Below are positions 28,931 to 41,200 of a stretch of 64,000 nt of DNA, piece by piece. Within the stretch, counting starts at the first letter, position 1; the number at the start of each line of letters is the position of its first letter. A program made the position numbers and the translations under genes. Below the pieces are notes generated by a model. The model searched no databases. It was not told where the DNA came from and worked only from the letters and a program-made list of their open reading frames with translations. Source of the stretch: Acidimicrobiia bacterium (GTDB lineage: Bacteria > Actinomycetota > Acidimicrobiia > Spongiisociales > JAOTWH01); assembly GCA_041619955.1 (NCBI GenBank), contig JBFKDA010000001.1, forward strand, positions 7,307 to 71,306. Direction: 5' to 3'.

Positions 28931-31431
28931 GCCCGCACCACCCTCGTCGCGCCGGTCACCGGGTCGCGGTCGAGCTCGATCAGGTCCTCGATGCGATGGC
29001 GCATGTCGAGGACGTGCGACACCACCACGACCAGCCGGTCGGGCGAATCGGCGACGAGGCGCTCGATCCCCTCCATGGCGAGGTCGAGGTGGTCACGGTC
29101 GAGGCTGCCGAAGCCCTCGTCGAGGAAGAACGCGTCCAGCCGCCCGCCGCTGCGGGTGACCATCTCGGCGAGGGCGAGCGCCAGCGCCAGCGACGCGAGG
29201 AACGTCTCGCCCCCCGACAGCGACTCGGGCCGCCGCTCGGCCTCGGCGGCGGCGAGGTCGACGATGCCGAACGTGCCGTCGGTCGTGAACCGGTAGCGCC
29301 CGCCCGACAGCAGCTCGAACCGGTCGGAGCCGAGATCGGCGAGGCCCTGGCGTTCCTCCTCCAACAGGAAGCGCAGGAACCGGGCCGGGGCGAGGTCGTC
29401 TGCGAGCCGGCGGTACGTCGCCAGCCCGGCGACCGCCGCCGCGTTCTCGCGCTCCAGCTCGCCGAACCGGGCGACCCGTTCCTCCAGCAGCTCGACCTCC
29501 TTCGCCACCGCCGCCGCGTCGGACGCGGCCTGGCGGCGGGCCGTGGCGAAGTCGGCGTCGGGCGCCAGCTCCAGCGCTTCCAGGAGCGTGGCGCGTTGCG
29601 CGGCCGCGGAGTTCGCCGCCTCGCTCGCGTCGGAGGCGGCCTGGTCGACTGCGGCCGCCTCGGACTGCCACAGCTCCCGGACGCGTGCCAGCGCGGCGGC
29701 GACCCCGTCCGGGTCGGCAGGCACCGCCACATCGCTGCCGAGCCGACCCGCCAGAGCGGCGACGTCGGTGGCGAGCGAAGCCAGCTCGTCCGCGGTGGCC
29801 GCCCGCCGCTCCCGCGCGGCCGCCGCGCGCTCGGCGGCGGCCTGCTCGGCCGCCCGCGCCGCGGCGAGCGCCTGGTCGGCTGCCGCCACGGCTGTCTCCG
29901 CGGCGGCCAGCAGCTCTCCCGGATCACCGTCGCCGAGCAGATCGGCCGCCTCGCCGGCCGCCTCCTCCACCGCCGCCGCGCCGTCCGCCAGCTCGGCCTT
30001 GCGGGACGTCACCGCCGCCGCCGTCGTCGCGAGCCGCTCGGCGGCCACCGCGGCCGTGCTCGCCGCAGCCGCGGCCGCCTCGGTGGCGGCGGCGTGCTGC
30101 GCAGCGGCCTTCGCCTCCTCGCGCTCGGCCTTGCCGACCGCCTTCTCGAGGGTGGCCAGCCCGGGCCGCCGGCCCCGCTTCGGCAAGGTCGCGACGGTCT
30201 GCCCGCACACCGGGCAGTCCTCGCCGGCGGCCAACGTGCTGCGCAGCTCGGCGGCGGCGTCGGCGTGGCGTGCTTCGTGCCACGCTTCCCGCGCAAGCGC
30301 CAGCGCCTCGCGGGCGCCCGCCAGGGTGCGCTCGGCGACGGCGCGCTGCGAGTCGGCAGCGGCCGCGTCGGCAGCCGCGGTGGCGACGTCCTCGCCGGCG
30401 GCGGCGTGCGCCGCCTCCGCAGCGGAGACGCGCCTCTCGGCAGCGGCCACTGCGTCCCGGCGATCGCCGAGGCGCGCCACGACGATGCGGGCCGCCTCCA
30501 GCCGGGACCGGCCCCCGACGGTCGCGAGCGCGGCCTCGAGCGCAGACTCGGCCGCCTGCCGCGCCGCCTGCCCCTCGTCGGCTTCTTGCGCCGCGGCCGC
30601 GACAGCCGCCGCGGATTCCTGCGCCGCGGCGACGAGCGCGTCGGCGCGGGCGCGCCCCGGGAGCTGTCCGGCCAGCTCGTCGAGGCTCGCCCGGCGGGCG
30701 CGGGCCTCCTGGTGGGCTGCCCGCGCCGCGGCGATCTCGGCGTCGGCCGCCGCGACCGCGGCGGCGGCCTCGTCGAACAGCGCGGCTCGCTCGGTGGTCT
30801 CCTTGCTGCGCAGCCGGGCCGCCTCGAGCCGCAGCCGGTCCTCCTCGATCTCGCGGCGCCGCCGTTCCAGCTCCTCGAGGTCGCGAGCGGCGGCGTCCCG
30901 ACGCGCCTTGGCCACCGCCTGCATCGCTTCGACCCGGTCGAATCCGAACACGCCCTTCAGCACGGCATCCCGCTCGGCCGGGGCCGCCCGCAGGAACTCG
31001 GCGAACTGGTTCTGCGCCAGCAGGGTCGAGCGCCGGAAAGCGGCGAAGTCCAGCCCGAGGAGCCGCTCCACCCGCTCGGTCACGGCCCGGGCGCCGGTCA
31101 CTTCCTCGACGCGGGCGGAGGTCGGGTCGCTGGTCTCGTGCCGGTACAGGGCGTGGGCGGCCTGGCCCTGCACCCGGAGCACCCGCACCGCCCGCCACGG
31201 CTGGCCGTCGACCTCGAACCACAGTTCCACGTGCGCGGCATCGGCCCGCTGGTGGACGAGGCTCCGCGTGTCGCGCTCGAACGTCGGCGTCTTGCCGTAG
31301 AGCGCGAACGCCACGGCGTCCAGCAGCGACGACTTGCCGCTGCCGATCGGTCCGACGACGCCCACCAGGCGCCGGCCGCGGAAGTCGAACGTCTGCTCGG
31401 CGGCGTACGAGCGGAAGCCGCGCAGCGTCAC
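28927..31431 (-). CDS. sbcC: SbcC/Rad50-like DNA repair ATPase
   Basis: N-terminal P-loop GPIGSGKSSLLDAV. Long Ala-rich coiled coil. Zinc hook CPVCGQ. C-terminal signature LSGGETFLASLALALALAE and D-loop FLDEGFGSLD. Confidence 0.9.
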   Translation of the reverse strand: MTLRGFRSYAAEQTFDFRGRRLVGVVGPIGSGKSSLLDAVAFALYGKTPTFERDTRSLVHQRADAAHVELWFEVDGQPWRAVRVLRVQGQAAHALYRHETSDPTSARVEEVTGARAVTERVERLLGLDFAAFRRSTLLAQNQFAEFLRAAPAERDAVLKGVFGFDRVEAMQAVAKARRDAAARDLEELERRRREIEEDRLRLEAARLRSKETTERAALFDEAAAAVAAADAEIAAARAAHQEARARRASLDELAGQLPGRARADALVAAAQESAAAVAAAAQEADEGQAARQAAESALEAALATVGGRSRLEAARIVVARLGDRRDAVAAAERRVSAAEAAHAAAGEDVATAAADAAAADSQRAVAERTLAGAREALALAREAWHEARHADAAAELRSTLAAGEDCPVCGQTVATLPKRGRRPGLATLEKAVGKAEREEAKAAAQHAAATEAAAAAASTAAVAAERLATTAAAVTSRKAELADGAAAVEEAAGEAADLLGDGDPGELLAAAETAVAAADQALAAARAAEQAAAERAAAARERRAATADELASLATDVAALAGRLGSDVAVPADPDGVAAALARVRELWQSEAAAVDQAASDASEAANSAAAQRATLLEALELAPDADFATARRQAASDAAAVAKEVELLEERVARFGELERENAAAVAGLATYRRLADDLAPARFLRFLLEEERQGLADLGSDRFELLSGGRYRFTTDGTFGIVDLAAAEAERRPESLSGGETFLASLALALALAEMVTRSGGRLDAFFLDEGFGSLDRDHLDLAMEGIERLVADSPDRLVVVVSHVLDMRHRIEDLIELDRDPVTGATRVVRA

Positions 31432-31432
31432 G

Positions 31433-32599
31433 CTAAGCGGGCGCGTCGTGCACCTCCTCGAGCACCGACCGGAACGCGGCCAGTACCGCCTCGGGAGGTG
31501 GCGTCCCGTGGGCCTCCTCGTGGTACTCGGCGTACAGCTCGTCCCACGGCCGGCCTGCCCGGGCCACCCGGTCGTCGGCCGTGCGCGGGTAGTCGGCCCG
31601 GACGTTGACGAGCCACGGGAACGCCTCCTGAGCCCGGTCGCCCAGCCCGGGGTCCGGGCCGGCGGTGGTCACCGTCAGGTCGACGTAGGCATCCGCCAGG
31701 TCGGCGCGGCCCGCCAGCTCGTCCCACGAGCCGGTCGCCTGCACCAGCGACCGCCCCGCCGTGATCGGTACGCTCCGCAGCTCGGCGCGCCGGCCCGGCG
31801 CGACGTCGACCAGCACCACGCGTTTCTCCTCCCCGGCCTCGCCGAAATCGAGCTGCAGCAGCGACCCGGCGTAGGTGGCCGGCACGTTGGCATGCGGCAC
31901 CGGCTGCGGGGCGTGGATGTGGCCCATGGCCACGTAGCCCAGCCCGGGGGGGACCGCTTCCTCCGATGCCGTGTACGCCTCGCCCAGGTGCAGCGCCCGC
32001 TCCCCGCGCGGGGCGCCGGTGCGGATGCGGGCGCCGGTGACCATGAAATGGGCGACCAGCAGCGTCACCGCGTCGCTCCCCGCCTCGGCCATCACGTGGC
32101 CGGCGTACTCCTCGCAGATACGCCGGACCCGGCCGGCGTAGCTCTGGTACCAGTCACCGGTCTGGTCCATGAAATCGACCACCCGGCCCTCGCGCAGGAA
32201 GGGGAAGCCGGCCACCAGCGCCCGGCCGCCGGGGGTCGCCAGGTCGAGGACCCCGCCGCCGGCCGGGGCCTTGATGTCACCGATCAGGTGGATGTTGGCC
32301 GGAGCGAGGAAGGGGGCCAGCGCCTCGAAGAACGCCGGCGAGTCGTGGTTGCCGGCCACCGCCACCACCGGGCGGCGCCCGCCGCCGGTCAGCGCCACCA
32401 GCCCTCCGAGCACCGTCTGCAGCGCGTCGATGGGCGGCAGCGGCCGGTCGAACAGGTCGCCGGACACCACCGCCAGGTCGGCGCCCTCGGCGTCGGCGAT
32501 GGTGACCACCTCGGCCAGCGCGGCCCGGTACTCGTTCATCCGGTCGAACCGCCCGAGCCGCTTGCCGACGTGCCAGTCGCTCGTATGCAATATCTTCAT
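31433..32599 (-). CDS. sbcD: SbcD/Mre11-like nuclease
   Basis: MKILHTSDWHVG, GDLFD, GNHD and HxH phosphoesterase motifs. Stop is 1 nt before the sbcC GTG. Confidence 0.9.
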   Translation of the reverse strand: MKILHTSDWHVGKRLGRFDRMNEYRAALAEVVTIADAEGADLAVVSGDLFDRPLPPIDALQTVLGGLVALTGGGRRPVVAVAGNHDSPAFFEALAPFLAPANIHLIGDIKAPAGGGVLDLATPGGRALVAGFPFLREGRVVDFMDQTGDWYQSYAGRVRRICEEYAGHVMAEAGSDAVTLLVAHFMVTGARIRTGAPRGERALHLGEAYTASEEAVPPGLGYVAMGHIHAPQPVPHANVPATYAGSLLQLDFGEAGEEKRVVLVDVAPGRRAELRSVPITAGRSLVQATGSWDELAGRADLADAYVDLTVTTAGPDPGLGDRAQEAFPWLVNVRADYPRTADDRVARAGRPWDELYAEYHEEAHGTPPPEAVLAAFRSVLEEVHDAPA

Positions 32600-32603
32600 C
32601 GCT

Positions 32604-32730
32604 CTTCGCTTCGCTCAGAGCGATGAGGGGCGCCGCCTTCGACGGCGGCTGCCGCAGAGATCCATCGTCCTTCGCTTCGCTCGGGCCGAAGGGGGGCGCT
32701 GCCTTTGGCGGCGGTTGCCACCGCGTCGGA
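32604..32730. repeat. Imperfect tandem repeat (about 63 bp x2) with GC hairpins in the herA-sbcD intergenic region
   Basis: cttcgcttcgctc...gggcgcc gcc ttcgac ggc ggc..tgcc repeated. Each copy holds a gccgcc/ggcggc stem-loop. Confidence 0.6.
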
Positions 32731-32761
32731 GGTCGGGGGGGTGCTCGGCCGGCGCGGCAAG

Positions 32762-34473
<1,712 letters not shown>

Positions 34474-34477
<4 letters not shown>

Positions 34478-35421
34478 GGCGCCGCCACCTCCCGGGTCAC
34501 GGCGTCGCGGAGCTGGCGGTGGACGAACGCCGGGTCGCCGAGGCGGCGGCGCAGCTCGCGCTCCATCGCGGCGATCGGGACGAGGTTCTGCGGGGCCCGG
34601 GCGTCGATGTGCGGCTCGGAGCCGACCTCGGGCAGCAGCGCGGCGGTGCGATCCGCCAGCCCGCGCGCCCTCTCCAGCCCCACCGCCCGGGCGACCTCGC
34701 AGCGCACCACGCCCGACCAGCTGTGGCCGTGGTTCGTGGTGCCGAGCCGCAGGTACCACGAGAACCGGGGGTACGTCGTGATCTCGAACAGCGGGGTGCG
34801 CTCACCGGGGCCGAGCGCCGCGACGGCGGCCATCCGGTCCGGCGGCAGGTACGGCGCCCGGTGCGACTTGACGTACCCCACCTTGTCGGTGCCCGACAGC
34901 TCGTTCAGCGGGCCGTCGGCGACGACGAAGTAGCCGCCGTGGGCCAGGTCCTCTGCGAGCCGGCTCTCGGCGCTGCGCATCGCGCCGTGGAAGTGCCGGA
35001 TCAGCGACGAGGGGTCGCGGTCGGGCACGGTCTCGGTGCGGTAGGCGAGGCTCGGACCGACCGCCGGGAACTGCTCGTCCCGTCCCCCGGCCAGCACCAC
35101 CATCCGGTCGATGGAGATGTCGACGATCTCCGACCGGCGCTCGTGGCGGCGCCACAGCACGGCCGCGACCCCGTACGAGCCGCAGATCCCCGGCAGCGGC
35201 CCGAGTACCGGGTCGTCGACGGTGACCCTGGCGTCGATGCGGCGGACGCCGTCGACGAAGGCGACCACCGGCACACCGTCGTCGCGGCCCGGCAGCGGCT
35301 CACACGCACCGGCGACCTCGACGTCGGCGTCGACCGCGCCCACCACCGGCCCGAGGTCGTCGTCGGCTTCGAAGGGGCTGCCGTAGTCGGGCGCCCATTC
35401 CTCGACGTGCAGCTTGGCCAT
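34474..35421 (-). CDS. NurA-like nuclease (RNase-H-like fold)
   Basis: AFVDGVRRID (NurA motif-I-like xiDG) and a later VVADGPL. 315 aa. Translationally coupled to the HerA-like ATPase. Assignment by motif only. Confidence 0.5.
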
Positions 35422-35481
35422 CCGGCGATGGTAGCGATGGGGCCCGACGCGGCCCGGGCACTCCCGGTAGCGTTGCCGGCC

Positions 35482-36261
35482 ATGACCGAACAGCTCTCCG
35501 GGCGGGTGGCGCTGGTCACCGGGGCGAGCCGGCGGCGCGGCATCGGCTTCGCGATCGCCGACCAGCTCACGTCGCTCGGCGCCGACGTCGCCGTGCACGC
35601 GTGGCGCCCGTACGACGCGGCGATGGGCTGGGGGGCCGACGCCGACGACGCCGCGCTGCTCACCGAGCTGCGGCGCCGCGGTACCCGGATCGAGCGGCTG
35701 CACGAGGACCTGCGGGACCCGGAGGGCCCAGAACGGCTGGTGGCGGCGACCGTGGAGCGCTTCGGGACGGTCGACATGCTGGTGGCCAACCACACGCACA
35801 GCGTCGACGGGGCGCTGGGCGAGCTGACCGCCGACCACATCGACGAGCACTTCGAGGTCAACGTGCGGGCCACCCTGCTGGTGGTGCAGGCATTCGCCGC
35901 GCAGCGCGACGGCTCCCGACCGGGAGGCCGGGTCGTGATGCTGACGTCCGGCGCCCACCTGTCGCCGATGGGTCGTGAGATCGCCTACGCCGTCTCGAAG
36001 GGGGCGCTGGCGATGGCAACGTGGACGCTGGCGGACGTGCTGGCCGACCGGGGCGTCACCGTCAACACGGTGAACCCAGGGCCGACCGACACCGGCTGGG
36101 CCGACCCGGAGGTGCTGGAAGCGGTCGCGGCACGGTTCCCGGCCGGCCGCTGGGGCCAGCCGGAGGACGCGGCGCGGCTCATCGCGTGGCTCTGCACCGA
36201 CGACGCAGCCTGGGTCACCGGCCAGGTCATCGACTCCGAGGGAGGTTTCCGACGATGGTGA
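35482..36261 (+). CDS. SDR-family short-chain oxidoreductase
   Basis: VALVTGASRRRGIG (TGxxxGxG), a YAVSK catalytic dyad region, NTVNPGPTDT. Confidence 0.85.
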   Translation: MTEQLSGRVALVTGASRRRGIGFAIADQLTSLGADVAVHAWRPYDAAMGWGADADDAALLTELRRRGTRIERLHEDLRDPEGPERLVAATVERFGTVDMLVANHTHSVDGALGELTADHIDEHFEVNVRATLLVVQAFAAQRDGSRPGGRVVMLTSGAHLSPMGREIAYAVSKGALAMATWTLADVLADRGVTVNTVNPGPTDTGWADPEVLEAVAARFPAGRWGQPEDAARLIAWLCTDDAAWVTGQVIDSEGGFRRW

Positions 36262-36878
36262 AGTCTGGCGACGAGGCGTACTACGAGCGGACAAGGGAGA
36301 CGCTGGAAGAGGCCTACCTCGCCGGCGACGACCCCCGCCAGCAGTCGGGGTTCTCCGGCGACGACGCCAGGTGGGAGGCCATGCGGCGGCCGATCACGCA
36401 GGCATTCCATCGGGACGGCTCCTTCCTCGACGTCGGGTGCGCAAGCGGCTACCTGATGGAATCGGTCGTCCGGTGGGCCGCCGCGGACGGGCTGGACATC
36501 GAGCCGCACGGGCTGGAGCTGATCGGCTCGCTGGCCGAGCTGGCCCGCCGTCGCCTGCCGCAGTGGGCCGACCGCATCCACCACGGCAACGTGATGACGT
36601 GGGATCCGCCTCACCGGTACGACTTCGTCCGGAGCGAGCTGGTCTACGTGCCCGACAAGCGGGGCCCGGATCTCGTCTCGCGGCTGCTCGACCGCTTCCT
36701 GCTGCCCGGCGGTCGGGCGATCGTCTGCTCGTACGGGACGACGTCGAGCGACCGGGCGGTCGCCCGTCCCGTTGCCGAGCTGCTCGCCGGCTGGGGGTAC
36801 GAGGTGGCCGGGTCCGACGAGGTCGCCGCCGACAACGGCCGGGTGGGGATGCGGGTGGCCTGGGTGGAGCGGAGCTGA
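36255..36878 (+). CDS. Class I SAM-dependent methyltransferase
   Basis: Motif I FLDVGCASGYL. RBS GGAGG upstream. 7-bp overlap with the SDR stop. Confidence 0.8.
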   Translation: MVKSGDEAYYERTRETLEEAYLAGDDPRQQSGFSGDDARWEAMRRPITQAFHRDGSFLDVGCASGYLMESVVRWAAADGLDIEPHGLELIGSLAELARRRLPQWADRIHHGNVMTWDPPHRYDFVRSELVYVPDKRGPDLVSRLLDRFLLPGGRAIVCSYGTTSSDRAVARPVAELLAGWGYEVAGSDEVAADNGRVGMRVAWVERS

Positions 36879-37201
36879 CGGCGCCGGGGCGACGCTCGTG
36901 ATCGCCGCCGCTGCGGTGATCGGACTGCGGCGCCGGCACCGAGCTGATCGACCACTACGGCTGCGGCAGCGCGCCCGGACGATCGTCAACGTCATCAGCG
37001 TTTCCGGCGACACGCTCACCGGCCCCCGCGAGCAGGTCCAGCACCTCATGACGAGCTGGGGGTCGAGACGCCGGATGAGTTGAGCCGGGAGATCAATCGG
37101 CCGTTGCGCAAGCAGATCGACGACCCCGACGAGCAAGGCGCTCGAGGCGCGGCCTCGCCCCCGCAGCCGACGCCTCGGTCGCAGGGCCCGCTACGCAGCG
37201 C

Positions 37202-38476
37202 CTACCCCCGCACCAGCCGCCAGACGCCGCCCTCGAGCGATGTGACGTAGAGCTCGCCGGCGCCGTCGACGCCGAACGACGACAGCCCGCCCACCCGGCC
37301 GAGCTGGCCGGTCCAGTCGAACGTGCGGCCCGATGTGCGGTCCCAGCTCCGCACGAACCCGGCACAGAAGTCACCGTAGAAGTACTGGCCGGCCAGCTCC
37401 GGCAACGCCGCCCCCCGATAGACGAAGCCGCCCGTGATCGAGCAGCCCTCGCCGTGGTCGTACGCGAACGCCGGCAGCTCCAGTCCGGTCGTCGAGCAGT
37501 TGGCCGACCGGAAGCACTCGTTCGCCTCGATGATCGGCCACCCGTAGTTGACGCCCGCCTCCCCCACCGGGACGACCGACACCTCCTCCCATTCGTTCTG
37601 GCCGACGTCGGCGACGTAGACGAAGCCCTCGTCGAACGAGAAGCGCCACGGGTTGCGGAGCCCGTACGCCCACACCTCGGCCGCCCCGCCGCCGGCCACG
37701 AAGGGGTTGTCGGGCGGGACGGCGTACGGGTCGCCGCCGTCGACGTCGAGCCGCAGCAGCGCGCCGAGCAGCGTGTCGGGCCGCTGGCCCTGGCCGAACC
37801 GGTCGTCGGCGCCACCGCCGTCGCCCAGCGCGATCCACAGGTAGCCGTCGGGGCCGAACGCGATCATGCCGCCGTTGTGGTTGCCGGCCGGCTGGTCGGC
37901 GCCCAGCAGCCGCCGGGCGCTGGCGGGGTCGGCCCGGTCGCCGTCGGCCGTGTACTCGGCGACCGTGGTGTCCCCGTTGCGGTCCGTGTAGTGGACGAAG
38001 AGGCGCCCGTTCGATGCGAAGTCCGGGTGGAACGCCAGCCCGAGCAGCCCCCGCTCGCCACCGAAGGACACGAGGTTCTGGATGTCGAGGAACGGCCGCT
38101 GCTCCCCGCCCTCCAGCACCCACACCACCCCGGGTTGGTCGACCACGAACAGCCGGCCGTCGCCGAGGGGCGCCGCCACCAGCACCGGCGCCTCGAAATC
38201 CCCGGGCACCGGCGCCAACGCCAGCCGGAGGTCGTCGACCGAGCCGGTGGTCGCAGGCGGGGCCGGCTCCTCGGCCGGCTCTTCGGCGGACGTCGTCGGC
38301 ACCACGGTGGAGGGCACGGTGGGCGTCGCCGGGGGCACGGACCCCGGGTCGGCAGGGCCGGCCGCCGTCGACGGCGTGGTGGCGGTGGCCGGCGGCACCG
38401 ACGAGGAACCTGCGTCGCCACATCCGGCGGCGACCACCGCGACGAGCGCGGCAACGAGTACTAGGCGGGCACGCAT
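37202..38476 (-). CDS. PQQ-dependent sugar dehydrogenase (soluble glucose/sorbosone dehydrogenase-like) lipoprotein
   Basis: Lipobox LVAVVAAGC. Thr/Pro-rich linker. HNGG, GLRNPWR and GDxCAGF-type beta-propeller signatures. Confidence 0.85.
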   Translation of the reverse strand: MRARLVLVAALVAVVAAGCGDAGSSSVPPATATTPSTAAGPADPGSVPPATPTVPSTVVPTTSAEEPAEEPAPPATTGSVDDLRLALAPVPGDFEAPVLVAAPLGDGRLFVVDQPGVVWVLEGGEQRPFLDIQNLVSFGGERGLLGLAFHPDFASNGRLFVHYTDRNGDTTVAEYTADGDRADPASARRLLGADQPAGNHNGGMIAFGPDGYLWIALGDGGGADDRFGQGQRPDTLLGALLRLDVDGGDPYAVPPDNPFVAGGGAAEVWAYGLRNPWRFSFDEGFVYVADVGQNEWEEVSVVPVGEAGVNYGWPIIEANECFRSANCSTTGLELPAFAYDHGEGCSITGGFVYRGAALPELAGQYFYGDFCAGFVRSWDRTSGRTFDWTGQLGRVGGLSSFGVDGAGELYVTSLEGGVWRLVRG

Positions 38477-38535
38477 CGGGCGAGCGTATCCCCGCCGCCG
38501 TCCAATACGCGCAGGCCCTACCCTCGCCGTCGCCG

Positions 38536-39897
38536 ATGACCGCCACCGCCGTGAAGAACGACCGCCGCTCGCTGTTCGGGTGGGCGATGTACGACTGGGC
38601 GAACTCCGCCTACGCGACCACCGTGGCCGGGGCGTTGCTCCCGGCGTTCTTCGCCGAGGAGGTGGTGCCCGAGGAGGGCTTCGAGATCCTGGGGCGCACC
38701 GTGGGTGGCGAGACGTTGTGGGCGGCCGTGGTCGGCGTCGGGGCGTTCGCGCTGTTCCTGCTGACACCGGTGCTCGGCGCCATCGCCGACTACACGGCGT
38801 CGAAGCGCCGGTTCCTCCAGGTCTTCGCCTACGGCGGCGCGCTGTTCACCACCACCCTGTTCTTCGTCGGCAGCGGCGACGTCCTGCTGACGCTGGGGTT
38901 GTTCTTCGCCGCCCACCTCGGGTTCGTCGGCGCCAACGTCTTCTACGACGGTTTCCTGCCGGACCTGACGACCGACGACTCGATCGACCGCCAGTCGGCT
39001 CGCGGCTATGCGTTCGGCTACGTCGGCGGCGGGCTCCAGCTCCTGCTGGCGGCCGCGCTGCTCCTCGCGCACGATTCGCTGGGCATCGGCGAGGCCACCG
39101 CCGCTCGCACCGGCGTCGCCATGGCGGGGCTGTGGTGGGCCGGCTTCACGTGGTACGCGCTCGCCCGCATCCCCGAGACCGGCACCGCCCACACGCTTCC
39201 CGGCTCCTCCGGCGTCTCAGGTGTGATCGCCCACGCTCGTCTCGGCTTCGGCCGCACGTGGGCAACCGCCCGCCGCCTGGTGCGGTTCCGCCAGCTCCTG
39301 CTGTTCGTGGTGGCGTACATGCTGTTCATCGACGGCGTCCAGACCGTCATCGCGATGACCAGCGTCTACGCCAGCGACACGCTGGACCTGAGCACCGAGA
39401 CGATCCTCGTCGGGTTCCTCATCGCGCAGTTCGTCGCCTTCGCCGGGGCGCTGGCGTTCGGCCGGCTGGCCGGCCGGCTCGGCGCCCGCGACGCACTGCT
39501 GGTCGCGATCGGCGTGTGGGCGGCCGTGGCGGTGGCTGCCTACTTCCTGCCCGAGGGCGCGGCGACGCCGTTCTACGCCCTCGCGGCGGTGGTCGGCCTG
39601 GTGCTCGGCGGGGTGCAGGCGCTGAGCCGCAGCCTCTACGGCTCCATGATCCCGGAGGAGGCCTCGGCCGAGTTCTTCGGGTTCTTCTCGGTGTTCGGCA
39701 AGTTCTCGGCCATCTGGGGGCCACTGATCTTCGTGTTGGTCAACGAGACGACCGGATCGGCCCGCAACTCGATCCTGTCGCTGATCGTGTTCTTCGTCGC
39801 CGGCGGGTTGCTGCTGGCGAAGGTCGACGTCGGCGCGGCGCGTGCCAGCCGGGATCGCTGGCGGTTCGCCGGCGACGAGGTCGACGTGGCCGGCTGA
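38536..39897 (+). CDS. MFS transporter (UMF1-like family)
   Basis: WAMYDWANSAY N-terminus. About 12 TM helices. Confidence 0.85.
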   Translation: MTATAVKNDRRSLFGWAMYDWANSAYATTVAGALLPAFFAEEVVPEEGFEILGRTVGGETLWAAVVGVGAFALFLLTPVLGAIADYTASKRRFLQVFAYGGALFTTTLFFVGSGDVLLTLGLFFAAHLGFVGANVFYDGFLPDLTTDDSIDRQSARGYAFGYVGGGLQLLLAAALLLAHDSLGIGEATAARTGVAMAGLWWAGFTWYALARIPETGTAHTLPGSSGVSGVIAHARLGFGRTWATARRLVRFRQLLLFVVAYMLFIDGVQTVIAMTSVYASDTLDLSTETILVGFLIAQFVAFAGALAFGRLAGRLGARDALLVAIGVWAAVAVAAYFLPEGAATPFYALAAVVGLVLGGVQALSRSLYGSMIPEEASAEFFGFFSVFGKFSAIWGPLIFVLVNETTGSARNSILSLIVFFVAGGLLLAKVDVGAARASRDRWRFAGDEVDVAG

Positions 39898-39949
39898 CCT
39901 CGAACACCCGCCTCACGGACCTCTGACATTCGGCCCGCAGGCTGGAGGC

Positions 39950-41200
39950 ATGGCCTACTCCACCCGGGAACGGGTCAGCCACGTCGTCCGCAGGCTGGGC
40001 ATCGGCGCCCACCCGGCGCTCGCGGCCGGCCTGGCCACCCCCGACGATGCCGTCGTGGCGGCGCTCGACCTGGCTGCGCCGCCGCCCGCGCCGCCCCGGC
40101 TGGACCCGCCACCCGACCGGGACTCGGCACGGGACGACGGCACCGCGCAGGCGGCCTTCGCCTTCTGGCTGGGAGCGATGGCCACCAGCCCCCGCCTCGT
40201 CGAGGAGCGCCTGGTGTGGTTCTGGCACGACCACTTCGCGACCTCGCTGCGCAAGGTGCAGGTCCCCTACCTCATGTGGGTCCAGCACCTCATGATCCGC
40301 CGCTACGCCACCTCCGACTTCGCTGCGCTGCTGCACGCCGTCGCGACGGACCCGGCGATGCTGCTCTTTCTCGACGGCGCCGCCAACCGGGCAGGTGCGA
40401 TCAACGAGAACTTCGGCCGCGAGGTCATGGAGCTGTTCACGATCGGGCGCGGCAACTACACGGAGGACGACGTGGTCGCCGCCGCCCGCGCGTTCACCGG
40501 CTGGGTGGTCAACGTGCCCGGCCGGCGGCGCGCCGTGGACCTCGGCGAGGCGTGGGCCGCCGTGTTCGTCCCCTTCCGCCACGACGACGGCTCCAAGACG
40601 CTGCTCGGGACCACCGGCAGCCTCGACACCACGGCCGCGGTCGACGTGCTGCTCGACCACCCGGCGACCGCCGAGCGCATCGCCGCCAAGCTCCATACGG
40701 AGATCGTGGGGCTGCCGCCGGCCGGCGCCGCAACGGCGCGGCTGGCGGCGGCCTTCCGGCGCGACTACTCGCCACTGGCGCTCGTCGAGGCGATCGTCGC
40801 CGAGCCGGCGTTCCTGTCGGACGCGGCGATCCGGGCCCGGGTCCGGACGCCGGTCGAGCGGGCCGTCGGCCTCGCCCAGGGCTTCGCCGGCCACGACCGG
40901 GCCGGGCGGGCTCTGTTCGGGGCGCTCCGCAACCTCGACTACGTGCCCTGGCTTCCGCCGAACGTCGCCGGGTTCCCCGCCGGCACGCGGCTGCTCGGGC
41001 CGCATCGCCTCGTCCACGGCTTCGACCTGGCGGCGGTCGCCGACCCGCGCGCCCTCGACGGGATCGGCCCGGCCGAGGTGATGGCCCGCCTCGGCGTCCA
41101 CGACGTCGCCGACGCCACCCTCGCGGTGCTGGGTGCCGCCCGCGACCCGGCGCACCGGCTGGCGCTGGCCGTCAACGCCCCCGAGTACCTCGTCGCATGA
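39950..41200 (+). CDS. DUF1800 family protein
   Basis: HVVRRLGIGAHPA N-terminus, WFWHDHF and ELFTIGRGNYTEDDV motifs. Its stop overlaps the DUF1501 start (ATGA). Confidence 0.8.
   Translation: MAYSTRERVSHVVRRLGIGAHPALAAGLATPDDAVVAALDLAAPPPAPPRLDPPPDRDSARDDGTAQAAFAFWLGAMATSPRLVEERLVWFWHDHFATSLRKVQVPYLMWVQHLMIRRYATSDFAALLHAVATDPAMLLFLDGAANRAGAINENFGREVMELFTIGRGNYTEDDVVAAARAFTGWVVNVPGRRRAVDLGEAWAAVFVPFRHDDGSKTLLGTTGSLDTTAAVDVLLDHPATAERIAAKLHTEIVGLPPAGAATARLAAAFRRDYSPLALVEAIVAEPAFLSDAAIRARVRTPVERAVGLAQGFAGHDRAGRALFGALRNLDYVPWLPPNVAGFPAGTRLLGPHRLVHGFDLAAVADPRALDGIGPAEVMARLGVHDVADATLAVLGAARDPAHRLALAVNAPEYLVA

Noticed and set aside
36880-37200. Possible small ORF (DELGVETPDELSREINRPLRKQIDDPDEQG...) in the 320-bp convergent gap after the methyltransferase
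   Set aside because: No in-frame start with an RBS. It becomes Pro/Ala/Arg-rich downstream and overlaps the 3' end of the PQQ-dehydrogenase gene. Probably non-coding.
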